Virus record (IMG/VR): IMGVR_UViG_2840908651_000002
Span: 298 to 64,297 of that record
Reading direction: 5' to 3' (one strand)
Source of the DNA: a virus
Taxonomy: Duplodnaviria; Caudoviricetes
Length of the DNA: 64,000 nucleotides
Each line of letters begins with the position of its first letter. The stretch's first letter is position 1. The notes under the pieces were generated by a model. That model saw only the letters and a list, made by a program, of their open reading frames with translations. It did no database searches and was not told where the DNA came from. A program made the position numbers and the translations under genes. Below, one piece after another: positions 57,601 through 64,000 of this stretch.

Positions 57601-58433
57601 CGGTGGTTCTATCCCGCGCGCGCGCCGCGGGCATGAATGCGGCCTCGGCGTTTATTTATTCGGCGCTCTGGCTGCTGTCTGTCGCGCACGGGCAGGCGGC
57701 CACGGCCGCGACGAACTGCGCCTGGTATGACGGCACCGACACCACGAACTACCCCAAGGGCTGCAACAGCGCCCTCGCGGACGTGGACGACGGCACGGTG
57801 ACGTTCACGACTGCGGGCGACAGCGGCAGTGCTGACAAGCCCCTGACCGGCTCGGCCAGCAACCTCGCCAAAACCGCGCACAACGGTCAGGCTTGCGGCG
57901 TTGCCGACCTTAACGGGGCGATGTGGGAGGTCATGCTGGGCATAACTGCGCCGGGCGCCAATGCGACCGACAGCACACAAATCGCCAGCGGCGACGTCTA
58001 TGTGCTCAAGGAGAGCGCCGCCCTCGGCGATTTGACCAGCGGATACAACACCATCAACGACGCCTGGGGCGATGCCACGCATCTCGGCGGGCTCTATGAC
58101 TCCGAGGTCGGACTGATGGTGTGGGGTGCCACCACCGGGTGGCAATATCTCGGCAGCGGCACCAACCAGGTGCTGGATGGCGCGACCAGCGGGCAGGGAT
58201 ACCAGCGCACCGCGACCGGGCTGCCCATGGCCACCAACAGCTATGACGCTACGGGCACAAACCTGTGGGGGCTTGATGGGCAATACGCTTACAACCGGTC
58301 GAACCTTTTCCCGCTCGTCGGCGGCACTTGGGCCAATGGCTCGGCCGCCGGCGTTGGCGCGCGCTTCTGGTACTCCTACCGGTCGTATGACTCCACCGTC
58401 GTTGGGTTCCGCGCCGCGGCCTATGGATCGTAA
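54639..58433 (+). CDS. Tail fibre / receptor-binding protein, DGR target with C-terminal CLec-type variable region
   Basis: Stf-like SETNAA repeats, FN3-like domain (YYWRVR..SDWS), DLNG.MWE, GGTW....G.........GFRAA. Confidence 0.92.
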   Translation: MPDSCAVSGSIRDIGFQPEEGAIVRFTLLGAKAVRQSNSLVVPDFVEATTDANGDFTESLIPNSYIVEIITPSGGSSAPLNITVPDAETAILAQIVDLPPPASLNAAEQAVVDAQAARDAASASATAAVTSETNAATSEANAGTSETNAGASAQLAADWAEKGDGQDVDGVGTRSAKHHAGQSATSASNAAISETNAANSAAAAATSETNAGASESAATASAGAASTSETNAANSASAASTSETNAANSASAAVTSETNAANSASAAAGSASAAASSETNAATSETNAAASLTSILSRHLGTYVDDQAADTAHPTATDGAFYYNSTTDSLRLRSSGAWTEAVLDANGFLAASNNLGDLGDVPTAKTNLSLGTAADADVPAAGDATAAQVVKGNDTRLSDARAPTAHTHDLSDITDAGTAASQDSTAFATATQGTKADSAQQPPIEGAFVDGDKTKLDHISVTQAVDLDAMETRVNQLDASVVLSGTWDASIGTFPGGGAAQRGESWIVSVGGTVGGETFVANDRIVATSDNASTTLYADWHKLDYTDAVLSVAGKTGAVSLVKADIGDFSDADYATAAQGAKADSALQPGEAVEKTAATGSAALPVGTQAQRDTTPAAGYLRFNSEAGAFEGHDGSDWGAIGGSASSVNITGATTVYVDQQETYTITDYSAFATYAVGAASGTVTINGDTITYTAPATDGSETLTVTKDGVAVDFAVTIAPAGVEAPTHVSPADGATDIGGTQTLQSSAFSWIGLSDTHASSDWQLATDAAFTNLVTSTTADATNLTTWEVTGLSESQTYYWRVRHTGTSNGTSDWSTPTSFTTAASFGGLIGVAGDQGFGVGEYPDTLPAGFSNMAGNTDPANANYGNYQYSDGSIMVFVPRFYYRIGDAGSPNYGTYGANAIDIAGVDTFADEASANAAGYAMHRAFVDGGAVKHGFFVDKYLCSQNAGNDAGKSVQNGVPISLTTSTSYTRSDGMTGCTGILADAVVLSRARAAGMNAASAFIYSALWLLSVAHGQAATAATNCAWYDGTDTTNYPKGCNSALADVDDGTVTFTTAGDSGSADKPLTGSASNLAKTAHNGQACGVADLNGAMWEVMLGITAPGANATDSTQIASGDVYVLKESAALGDLTSGYNTINDAWGDATHLGGLYDSEVGLMVWGATTGWQYLGSGTNQVLDGATSGQGYQRTATGLPMATNSYDATGTNLWGLDGQYAYNRSNLFPLVGGTWANGSAAGVGARFWYSYRSYDSTVVGFRAAAYGS
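55028..55510 (+). repeat. Coding heptad/14-aa repeats (SETNAANSASAAST), including a perfect 42-nt tandem at 55311-55394
   Basis: Repeated GAGACCAACGCGGC units. Confidence 0.85.
58306..58425 (+). repeat. DGR variable repeat (VR)
   Basis: 120-bp ungapped match to 58893-59012; 16 mismatches, all opposite TR adenines. Confidence 0.97.
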
Positions 58434-58438
58434 CTGGT

Positions 58439-58460
58439 GGGTGGCGCGGGAGCGCCACCC
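58439..58460 (+). promoter_or_regulatory. DGR target-recognition hairpin
   Basis: GGGTGGCGC-GGGA-GCGCCACCC, perfect 9-bp stem just 3' of VR and absent after TR. Confidence 0.88.
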
Positions 58461-58474
58461 TTGAAGGACAGAGA

Positions 58475-58888
58475 ATGCAAACACAGAAATGCAACCACCC
58501 GGAAGCGTCGATCCTGCACAAGTGCCGCGAGGTGATCAAGCTGCTGAACGTGCACCTCAATCACTTCCCGCGCCACGAGCGCTACGGGCTGTGTCAGCAA
58601 ATCCGCGGCGCGATGTATGACGTCTATGCGCTGATTGTGGAGTGCCATAAGCGGTACCACAACAAGACCAGCCTGACGCGCTTGGACGTGCGGCACGAGC
58701 AACTGCGCATGCTGGTCAATCTGGCGTTCGAGATGGGCTATTACGCATTTCACGACAACAAGCGCGGTCGGGCAGAGTCCGAAGCGCTGCGCCGATATAC
58801 CGCGGCCTCCATCCTCATCAACGAGGTTGGGGCCATGATCGGCGGATGGATTCGCAGCCTTCGGGGTGCGGATAGGGCGGGGGCTTAA
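58475..58888 (+). CDS. avd: DGR accessory variability determinant (four-helix bundle)
   Basis: L..FPRHERY.L..QIR...; L..LD...EQLR.LV.LA...GY; E.G.MIGGWI; basic; located between VR and TR. Confidence 0.92.
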   Translation: MQTQKCNHPEASILHKCREVIKLLNVHLNHFPRHERYGLCQQIRGAMYDVYALIVECHKRYHNKTSLTRLDVRHEQLRMLVNLAFEMGYYAFHDNKRGRAESEALRRYTAASILINEVGAMIGGWIRSLRGADRAGA

Positions 58889-58892
58889 AATG

Positions 58893-59012
58893 TTTTCCCG
58901 ATCGTCGGCGGCAATTGGACCAATGGCTCGGCCGCCGGCGTTGGCGCGCGCAACTGGAACAACAACCGGTCGAATGACAACAACAACGTTGGGTTCCGCG
59001 CCGCGGACTATG
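58893..59012 (+). repeat. DGR template repeat (TR)
   Basis: AAC/AAT-rich copy of VR, 25 adenines. Confidence 0.97.
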
Positions 59013-59127
59013 ACTTCATCCCTGAAATCCCGAGATGGGAATACTGGAGACATAGGGAGCACTCTGTCCTGCCAGATGGCGAAATCTGCAAGGCATGGCT
59101 TTCCAGTACCTGCGGGGACCGTCAGCC

Positions 59128-60126
59128 ATGCCTAAGCGCCACGGAAACCTCTATGAGCACGCCTTCACGCTGGACCGGCTGCACGCGGCCTATCTGCGCG
59201 CACGGCGGGGCAAGCGAAAGACGCTGTCGGTCAAGCGCTTTGAGCGCGACCTTGGCGCCAACCTTGCTGCAATACATGATGATCTGACGTCCGGAGATTA
59301 CAGGCCGCAGCCCTATCGTCACTTTACCGTTTACGGCCCGAAACCCCGCCGGATCGCCGCACCCACGTTCCGCGACGTTGTCGTGCAGCACGCGATCTAC
59401 GCCATGATCAGCCCGATCTTCGAGGCGACGTTCATTGACCAAAGCTATGGATGCAGGGCGGGCGGCGGCGCGCACCGGGCCAGTGACTACCTGCAATCGG
59501 CGATGCGCGCCGCGCCCGAGGACGCTGTGCTTCTGCAAATGGATATCCGCAAATTTTACTACCGCATCGACCACGCCATCCTGCGCAGCCTGATCGAGCG
59601 CAAGATCAAGGACCGCGCCCTTGTCGACCTGATGATGCGCTTCGCCTGCGATGGCTCCGGCACCATCGGCCTGCCGATCGGCAACCTGCTCTCGCAGATT
59701 TACGCGCTGATCTATCTCGATGCGATGGATCACTTCATCAAGCGCGACATGAAAGTGAAGCGCTATGCCCGCTATGTCGATGACTTCGTGATCATCGCCG
59801 AGGATCGAGAGACTGCGCGGCGCATCAAGGGGCAAATCGAGGCATTCCTGTCTGATCGGCTGAATCTTGAGCTATCCAAATGGCGCATCGCAACCCCGCG
59901 CCAGGGCACCAATTTCGTTGGCTTTCGGACGTGGCGGTCCCGCCGCTTTGTGCGCAAGCGCGCGCTCTACAACTTCTCGAAGGCGCTTCGAGAGGGCCGG
60001 GTGGACAGCCTCACAAGCATCATGGGCCACGCGAAACGTACATCGAGCTATGCCCACATGGCGCGCCGCCTGTCGGCTGAGCGGCCAGACCTGAAATTGC
60101 CACGCAAGCTAGAGGCGACCCTATGA
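59128..60126 (+). CDS. DGR reverse transcriptase
   Basis: PKPR.I.AP.FRD.VVQHA, DI.KFY..IDH, GLPIGNLLSQ, RYVDDF, FVGF. Confidence 0.96.
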   Translation: MPKRHGNLYEHAFTLDRLHAAYLRARRGKRKTLSVKRFERDLGANLAAIHDDLTSGDYRPQPYRHFTVYGPKPRRIAAPTFRDVVVQHAIYAMISPIFEATFIDQSYGCRAGGGAHRASDYLQSAMRAAPEDAVLLQMDIRKFYYRIDHAILRSLIERKIKDRALVDLMMRFACDGSGTIGLPIGNLLSQIYALIYLDAMDHFIKRDMKVKRYARYVDDFVIIAEDRETARRIKGQIEAFLSDRLNLELSKWRIATPRQGTNFVGFRTWRSRRFVRKRALYNFSKALREGRVDSLTSIMGHAKRTSSYAHMARRLSAERPDLKLPRKLEATL

Positions 60127-60662
60127 TCTACAGCTACACAACGCACATCACCACCGGCCCCAACGGCGCGATACTGCGCTTTCGCAACACCGAAGATCAG
60201 GACGCGACCGTGCTGGGCGCGATCGGCGGCGCGACCATTGTGCATGTGCCCGATGGCGTCACCATGCCCGCCCAGCCCGCCGAAATCGGCTGGGCGCAGG
60301 TCACGCTGTCTGATGCAGACCGCACGACCTTATCCCGGACATCGCCTGTGGCACGACGCATCAAGGAGCGCCGCGACAAGGCAATGATTGGCGGAGTGAT
60401 CGTCAACGGCATTTCCATTGCCACCGACGACCTGTCCCAGCAGCGCATAACGGGCGCTGCGCTCGCGGCACAGATCGACAGCACGACCACGGTTCAGTGG
60501 AAGATGCCGGACAGCACGTTCGCGGTTCTGGATGCGGCACAGATCACCGGAATCGCGCAGGCGGTTCGCGCCCACGTCCAGGCGTGCTTTGACCGCGAGG
60601 CCGAGCTGTTATCCGCGCTGTTTTCGGGTGAGCCCTACGACATCGAAACGGGATGGCCGTAA
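60123..60662 (+). CDS. DUF4376-like tail fibre assembly protein
   Basis: IK..RD....GG..V.G....TD..SQ; WK..D; AV..HVQACF.RE. Confidence 0.75.
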   Translation: MIYSYTTHITTGPNGAILRFRNTEDQDATVLGAIGGATIVHVPDGVTMPAQPAEIGWAQVTLSDADRTTLSRTSPVARRIKERRDKAMIGGVIVNGISIATDDLSQQRITGAALAAQIDSTTTVQWKMPDSTFAVLDAAQITGIAQAVRAHVQACFDREAELLSALFSGEPYDIETGWP

Positions 60663-60719
60663 CCCATGATCAGGCAAGTGACACTAGCCAAGTCTCAAGA
60701 GATCACGGGGGGATCGTAA

Positions 60720-61091
60720 ATGCTCTCAACAAAGGCATTTGCCTGGTCAAGCACGGCATTCTTCACCTGGGCCGTCGCGATTATAGAGACATACGGCTCA
60801 AGCCTGTTCGCCGTGGCGCTGGCCGCATTCGGTGCTCTCCTTGCGTCGGTAGAAGCCGAAACGCGGCACTGGCTCACGCGCTGCATGGTGCTCGTCTTCA
60901 ACTTCCTGACCGGCGTCATGGGGGGCGCGACGGTAGCGTTTGCTGTTCACGACAGAATGGGCGTCACGGCACCGTTCGTCCTGCTCCTTGCTTCACTGGT
61001 CATCGCATATGTCGCGCACGATGCGCTTGCTGGCGTGAAGATGGCCATCGCGTCGCGCGTGTCTCGCTGGCTTCGGGGGGGGCGGAAATGA
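60720..61091 (+). CDS. Putative holin
   Basis: Three to four TM segments, basic C-terminus, upstream of endolysin. Confidence 0.7.
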   Translation: MLSTKAFAWSSTAFFTWAVAIIETYGSSLFAVALAAFGALLASVEAETRHWLTRCMVLVFNFLTGVMGGATVAFAVHDRMGVTAPFVLLLASLVIAYVAHDALAGVKMAIASRVSRWLRGGRK

Positions 61092-61201
61092 AGAGGATCG
61101 TCAGATCGCATTTATGGCGTCGCGCGAGGGAGGTTTTCTCTGTTCTCTCGTGGCTCGCAATTCTGGGGTCGCTGGCCCTCATTTGGGTAGGGGGAAGGTG
61201 A
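61088..61201 (+). CDS. 37-aa single-TM protein (possible antiholin/lysis accessory)
   Basis: MKRIVRSHLWRRAREVFSVLSWLAILGSLALIWVGGR; ATGA/TGATG coupling on both sides. Confidence 0.55.
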   Translation: MKRIVRSHLWRRAREVFSVLSWLAILGSLALIWVGGR

Positions 61202-62259
61202 TGATAAAGCGCACCATCACGCACTGGACCGCCGGGGGTGGGCGCGCGTCGGCAGTGGACCTGCGCCATTACCACAGGCTCACCGAGTTCGACGGAACCT
61301 ACGTGAAGGGCAACGAGGCGATCGAGGATAACATCGTGACCTCGGACGGCGACTACGCGGCCCACACGTTGCACCTCAACACCGGCAGCATGGGATTGGC
61401 CATGTGCGGCATGAGGGGCGCGCAGGAAAGCCCGTTCGATGCCGGGCCGTCGCCCATCACCGAAAAGCAGTTCGAGCGCCACTGCGCTCTGCTCGCGGCC
61501 CTGCACATCGAATATGCGGTGCCGGTCACGCCCGAGACATGCCTGACCCACGCCGAGGTCGAGCCGCGGCTGGGCGTCAAGCAGCGCGGCAAGTGGGATC
61601 TGACGCGCGTGCCGCACCGGCCCGAGCTGCGAGGTGCCTTTGCCGTGGGCGATTACATGCGCGGGCGCGTGCGGGCCTACATGGAGGACATGACCGGCAT
61701 CCCCGATGTCGTGGCCAATCGCCCGACCTTGCGGGCGGGCGCGCGCGGTGAGTTTGTCCGCGACCTGCAAGGCCAGCTTCGCGACCTGGGCTACCCGCTC
61801 GGCAAGGTGGATGGCATCTACGGCGCGCGCACCCGTGACGCCGTGCTGTCGTTTCAGGCCGAGCAGGGGCTTGCCACCGATGGCGAGGCCGGGCCCCGCG
61901 TCTGGACGGCGCTGGAACGTGCCACGGCCCGGCCCGAGCGCGAGGTGACGGAGGCGGACCTGCGGGAGCGTGGATCGCAGACGATCAAGCGCGCCGACCG
62001 GGGCGAGAAGGCCATGACAATCGTGGAATCGACGGTCGCCGGCGGCGCGTCCCTCGGCGGTGTCATGGAGGCTGCGCGGGTGGCGAAGGATGCCGAAGGG
62101 CTGCTCGAGACCGGCCAGAGGTTGCTGCAAGAGTATTGGCTTCTCCTGCTGGTCTGCGTCGCCGCGTTCGTGCTGGCGCGCTACGGCAAGCGCATCCTGC
62201 GCGAGATCAAGGAATACCGCGTCAAAGACGCGCGTGAAGGAAGGAACCTTTCGCGATGA
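61201..62259 (+). CDS. Endolysin: amidase-2-like domain, PG-binding domain and C-terminal TM
   Basis: HWTAG, HYH, AAHT..LN..S.G, THAE, GKWD; LQ..L..LGY..G.VDGIYG.RT..AV..FQ...GL..DG.AGP. Confidence 0.9.
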   Translation: MIKRTITHWTAGGGRASAVDLRHYHRLTEFDGTYVKGNEAIEDNIVTSDGDYAAHTLHLNTGSMGLAMCGMRGAQESPFDAGPSPITEKQFERHCALLAALHIEYAVPVTPETCLTHAEVEPRLGVKQRGKWDLTRVPHRPELRGAFAVGDYMRGRVRAYMEDMTGIPDVVANRPTLRAGARGEFVRDLQGQLRDLGYPLGKVDGIYGARTRDAVLSFQAEQGLATDGEAGPRVWTALERATARPEREVTEADLRERGSQTIKRADRGEKAMTIVESTVAGGASLGGVMEAARVAKDAEGLLETGQRLLQEYWLLLLVCVAAFVLARYGKRILREIKEYRVKDAREGRNLSR

Positions 62260-62555
62260 TCGCCCGACTTCTCGCCCCCGTCGCCATGCCGCTCCTCGGG
62301 GTGCTGCTCGCCGCTCTTGTTGGATCGGGTGGCTGGATAATGCTGCAAGCGCGCTGGCTGGAGAATGCCGAGACGACGATCAAGCAGCGCGAGGCAGAAC
62401 TGTCCCGCGCGCTCGGCCGCGCCGAAACCTGCACCAACCGTTTGCGTAATATCAAGGAGGCACAGCAAGATGCTGAAACCGCTGCTGATCCTAGCTTTGT
62501 TGTCCCCGAGCACTGGCTGTCTCCGGGAGGTAGAGCCGACACCCCCGCCGATTGA
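62256..62555 (+). CDS. i-spanin (Rz-like)
   Basis: N-terminal TM plus coiled coil after endolysin. Confidence 0.75.
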   Translation: MIARLLAPVAMPLLGVLLAALVGSGGWIMLQARWLENAETTIKQREAELSRALGRAETCTNRLRNIKEAQQDAETAADPSFVVPEHWLSPGGRADTPAD

Positions 62556-62709
62556 GGACGCGTTGTTCTGTGACACGGTGACTGATCCCGCGTGGTTCAC
62601 GCAGGAAGAGATTGACGACCGCACGGCTGCGGGCTGGACCCGCAACCTCGCGTGGCAATACGCGATCAACCTGTCGTGGGATCGCGAGTGCGAGGAGCCG
62701 GGGCCATGA
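62470..62709 (+). CDS. o-spanin (Rz1-like lipoprotein)
   Basis: AAGGAGG RBS; MLKPLLILALLSPSTGC lipobox-like; Pro-rich; overlaps i-spanin. Confidence 0.75.
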   Translation: MLKPLLILALLSPSTGCLREVEPTPPPIEDALFCDTVTDPAWFTQEEIDDRTAAGWTRNLAWQYAINLSWDRECEEPGP

Positions 62710-62734
62710 TGTGGACGCTGGCCCTCTGGCCTGC

Positions 62735-63940
62735 CTACTTCCCCAGCCTGACGACCGTCGAATCCGCCTCGGCGCCGGTGACGTAATCCGCCCAAGCCTG
62801 CATGACAGGGCGGCGGCGCTCGAGCATGTCAGAGCGGGCGTAGGACCGCTCCACCCGTCCGCCGATGGTGTGGGCGAGCACCGTTTCTGAAACTTCCCAG
62901 CCCGTCGCATCGGTGTCCTGCACCCACGTTCGGAAGCTGGTGCGGAATCCGTGCGGTCGGCCAGGTTCGCCCATGTCGCGCATGAATTTCGAGAGGCCGG
63001 CATCGCTCACGGGATTGCCGTTAGAGATCGCGAAGAGATATTCCCCGCCGAGCGCCCTACGCGCCTCGACGATCTCCATCGCGGCGTCTGATAGCGGAAC
63101 CCGGAAATCCCGCACCTTGCCCACCTGACCCTTCATGCGCGCGGCGGGCACGGTCCATAAGTCGCCCTCGATCTCGTCGAAGCGTGCACCGCGACATCCC
63201 GACGCGCGCACCAGCGTCAGGATCATGAAGCGCAGACAGGCGGCGGTGGTGCCGCGTCCCTCGAGACGAGCGAAGAGGTCAGGGATGTCCTGCCACGGTG
63301 TAGCCGGGATGGGCTCCGGCGTGTGGATCACTGCGCCAAGCATGTGCTTCGCCGCATCGACGGTGAAGGGATCGCAGTCGTAGCCCATGAGTTTCCCCTG
63401 TTGGAATATGATGCGAAGTCGCCGGATTGCCTTGGTCGCCGTTGGGTGCTTGGTCCGCCATAGCCGTTCGAGCGCGGCCTTAATATCATGCTGCCGCACC
63501 GTGCTGATCGGCTTGCGACCGATCTTCGGGAAGATATGGTTCTCGAGGGGGGAGAGCCAGCGGCCCGCTTTGCCTTCGGCGCGGAGTATTGCCTTACGCG
63601 CCTCGAAGACGTCGCGCGTCAGTGTCTCGAGGGTGGGGTCGTCACGCTCGATTTCTGCACGGGCGCTTTCTATAGCCGCGCGTCGCTCGGTGATTGGGTC
63701 GCGGTCCTGGGTGAGCACAGACGCCCATCTGTCGCGCTGGGCGCGCGCGTCGGCAAGGCTCACGTCCGGCCAGGTGCCGAGTCCCATCTGCCGCCGCTTG
63801 CCTGCAAAGGAATAGCGCCACACCCACTTCCCGGTGGTGTCGCCCTTGTGCAGCTCCAATCCCTTGCCGTCGCCGAGCCTGCCCGGCCCGGCCTTGCGGA
63901 TCGCTACCGCGGTGAGGTTCCCCATGATCTGGTCCGCCAT
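62735..63940 (-). CDS. int: P4-like tyrosine integrase with arm-binding domain (start uncertain, 63925 or 63940)
   Basis: DGKGL.L, W..RY...GK...MGLG.WP.VSLA.AR; catalytic R, K, HGFR, LAH, Y. Confidence 0.95.
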   Translation of the reverse strand: MADQIMGNLTAVAIRKAGPGRLGDGKGLELHKGDTTGKWVWRYSFAGKRRQMGLGTWPDVSLADARAQRDRWASVLTQDRDPITERRAAIESARAEIERDDPTLETLTRDVFEARKAILRAEGKAGRWLSPLENHIFPKIGRKPISTVRQHDIKAALERLWRTKHPTATKAIRRLRIIFQQGKLMGYDCDPFTVDAAKHMLGAVIHTPEPIPATPWQDIPDLFARLEGRGTTAACLRFMILTLVRASGCRGARFDEIEGDLWTVPAARMKGQVGKVRDFRVPLSDAAMEIVEARRALGGEYLFAISNGNPVSDAGLSKFMRDMGEPGRPHGFRTSFRTWVQDTDATGWEVSETVLAHTIGGRVERSYARSDMLERRRPVMQAWADYVTGAEADSTVVRLGK

Positions 63941-64000
63941 CTGGTATGCCACCGTGACGCCGGATTGCGTCACGCCGGGCCGGTCCTTGCTGGACGGCAT

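Larger units (their letters stand above)
1..64000. mobile_element. Temperate podovirus-like prophage (nearly complete; both ends run off the window)
   Basis: Ordered modules: recombination, cI/cro, replication, terminase, P22-like portal, N4-gp56-type capsid, internal virion proteins, tail fibre, lysis, tyrosine integrase; no tape measure or sheath gene seen. Confidence 0.95.

Noticed and set aside
58267-58303. Possible upstream extension of VR (GGGGGCTT shared with 58879; ACAACCGGTCGAA shared with the TR interior)
   Set aside because: Off the 587-nt TR/VR register and short; cannot be distinguished from chance or protein-level periodicity
59128-60126. RT as group II intron, retron or Abi RT
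   Set aside because: No maturase domain or retron VTG motif; the SQ motif, avd and TR/VR pair identify it as DGR

Overview
The window is almost entirely one temperate podovirus-like prophage, GC-rich and probably from an alphaproteobacterial (Rhodobacterales-like) host, as judged by GapR and the XRE regulators. Left to right: a leftward early/recombination operon, cI/cro immunity region, replication genes, a second leftward accessory operon, terminase-portal-capsid-tail genes, internal virion proteins including a ~4,320-aa polyvalent DarB-like protein, a tail fibre under a complete diversity-generating retroelement (VR-hairpin-avd-TR-RT), a lysis cassette and a P4-like integrase. Highlights: (1) a divergent CsrA-fold gene just before the capsid gene, together with a recurrent CGCA-NGA-UGYG stem-loop in the leaders of several late operons, which suggests a self-contained phage Csr-like regulon; (2) the DGR, with 16 of 16 TR/VR mismatches at template adenines; (3) an apparently overprinted 121-codon gene nested inside the giant protein; (4) a detached non-coding copy of the origin-like middle of the replication initiator gene; (5) Acb2/Tad1-like and RyR-domain candidate anti-defence genes. 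All family assignments come from motif recognition by eye; no database searches were run.
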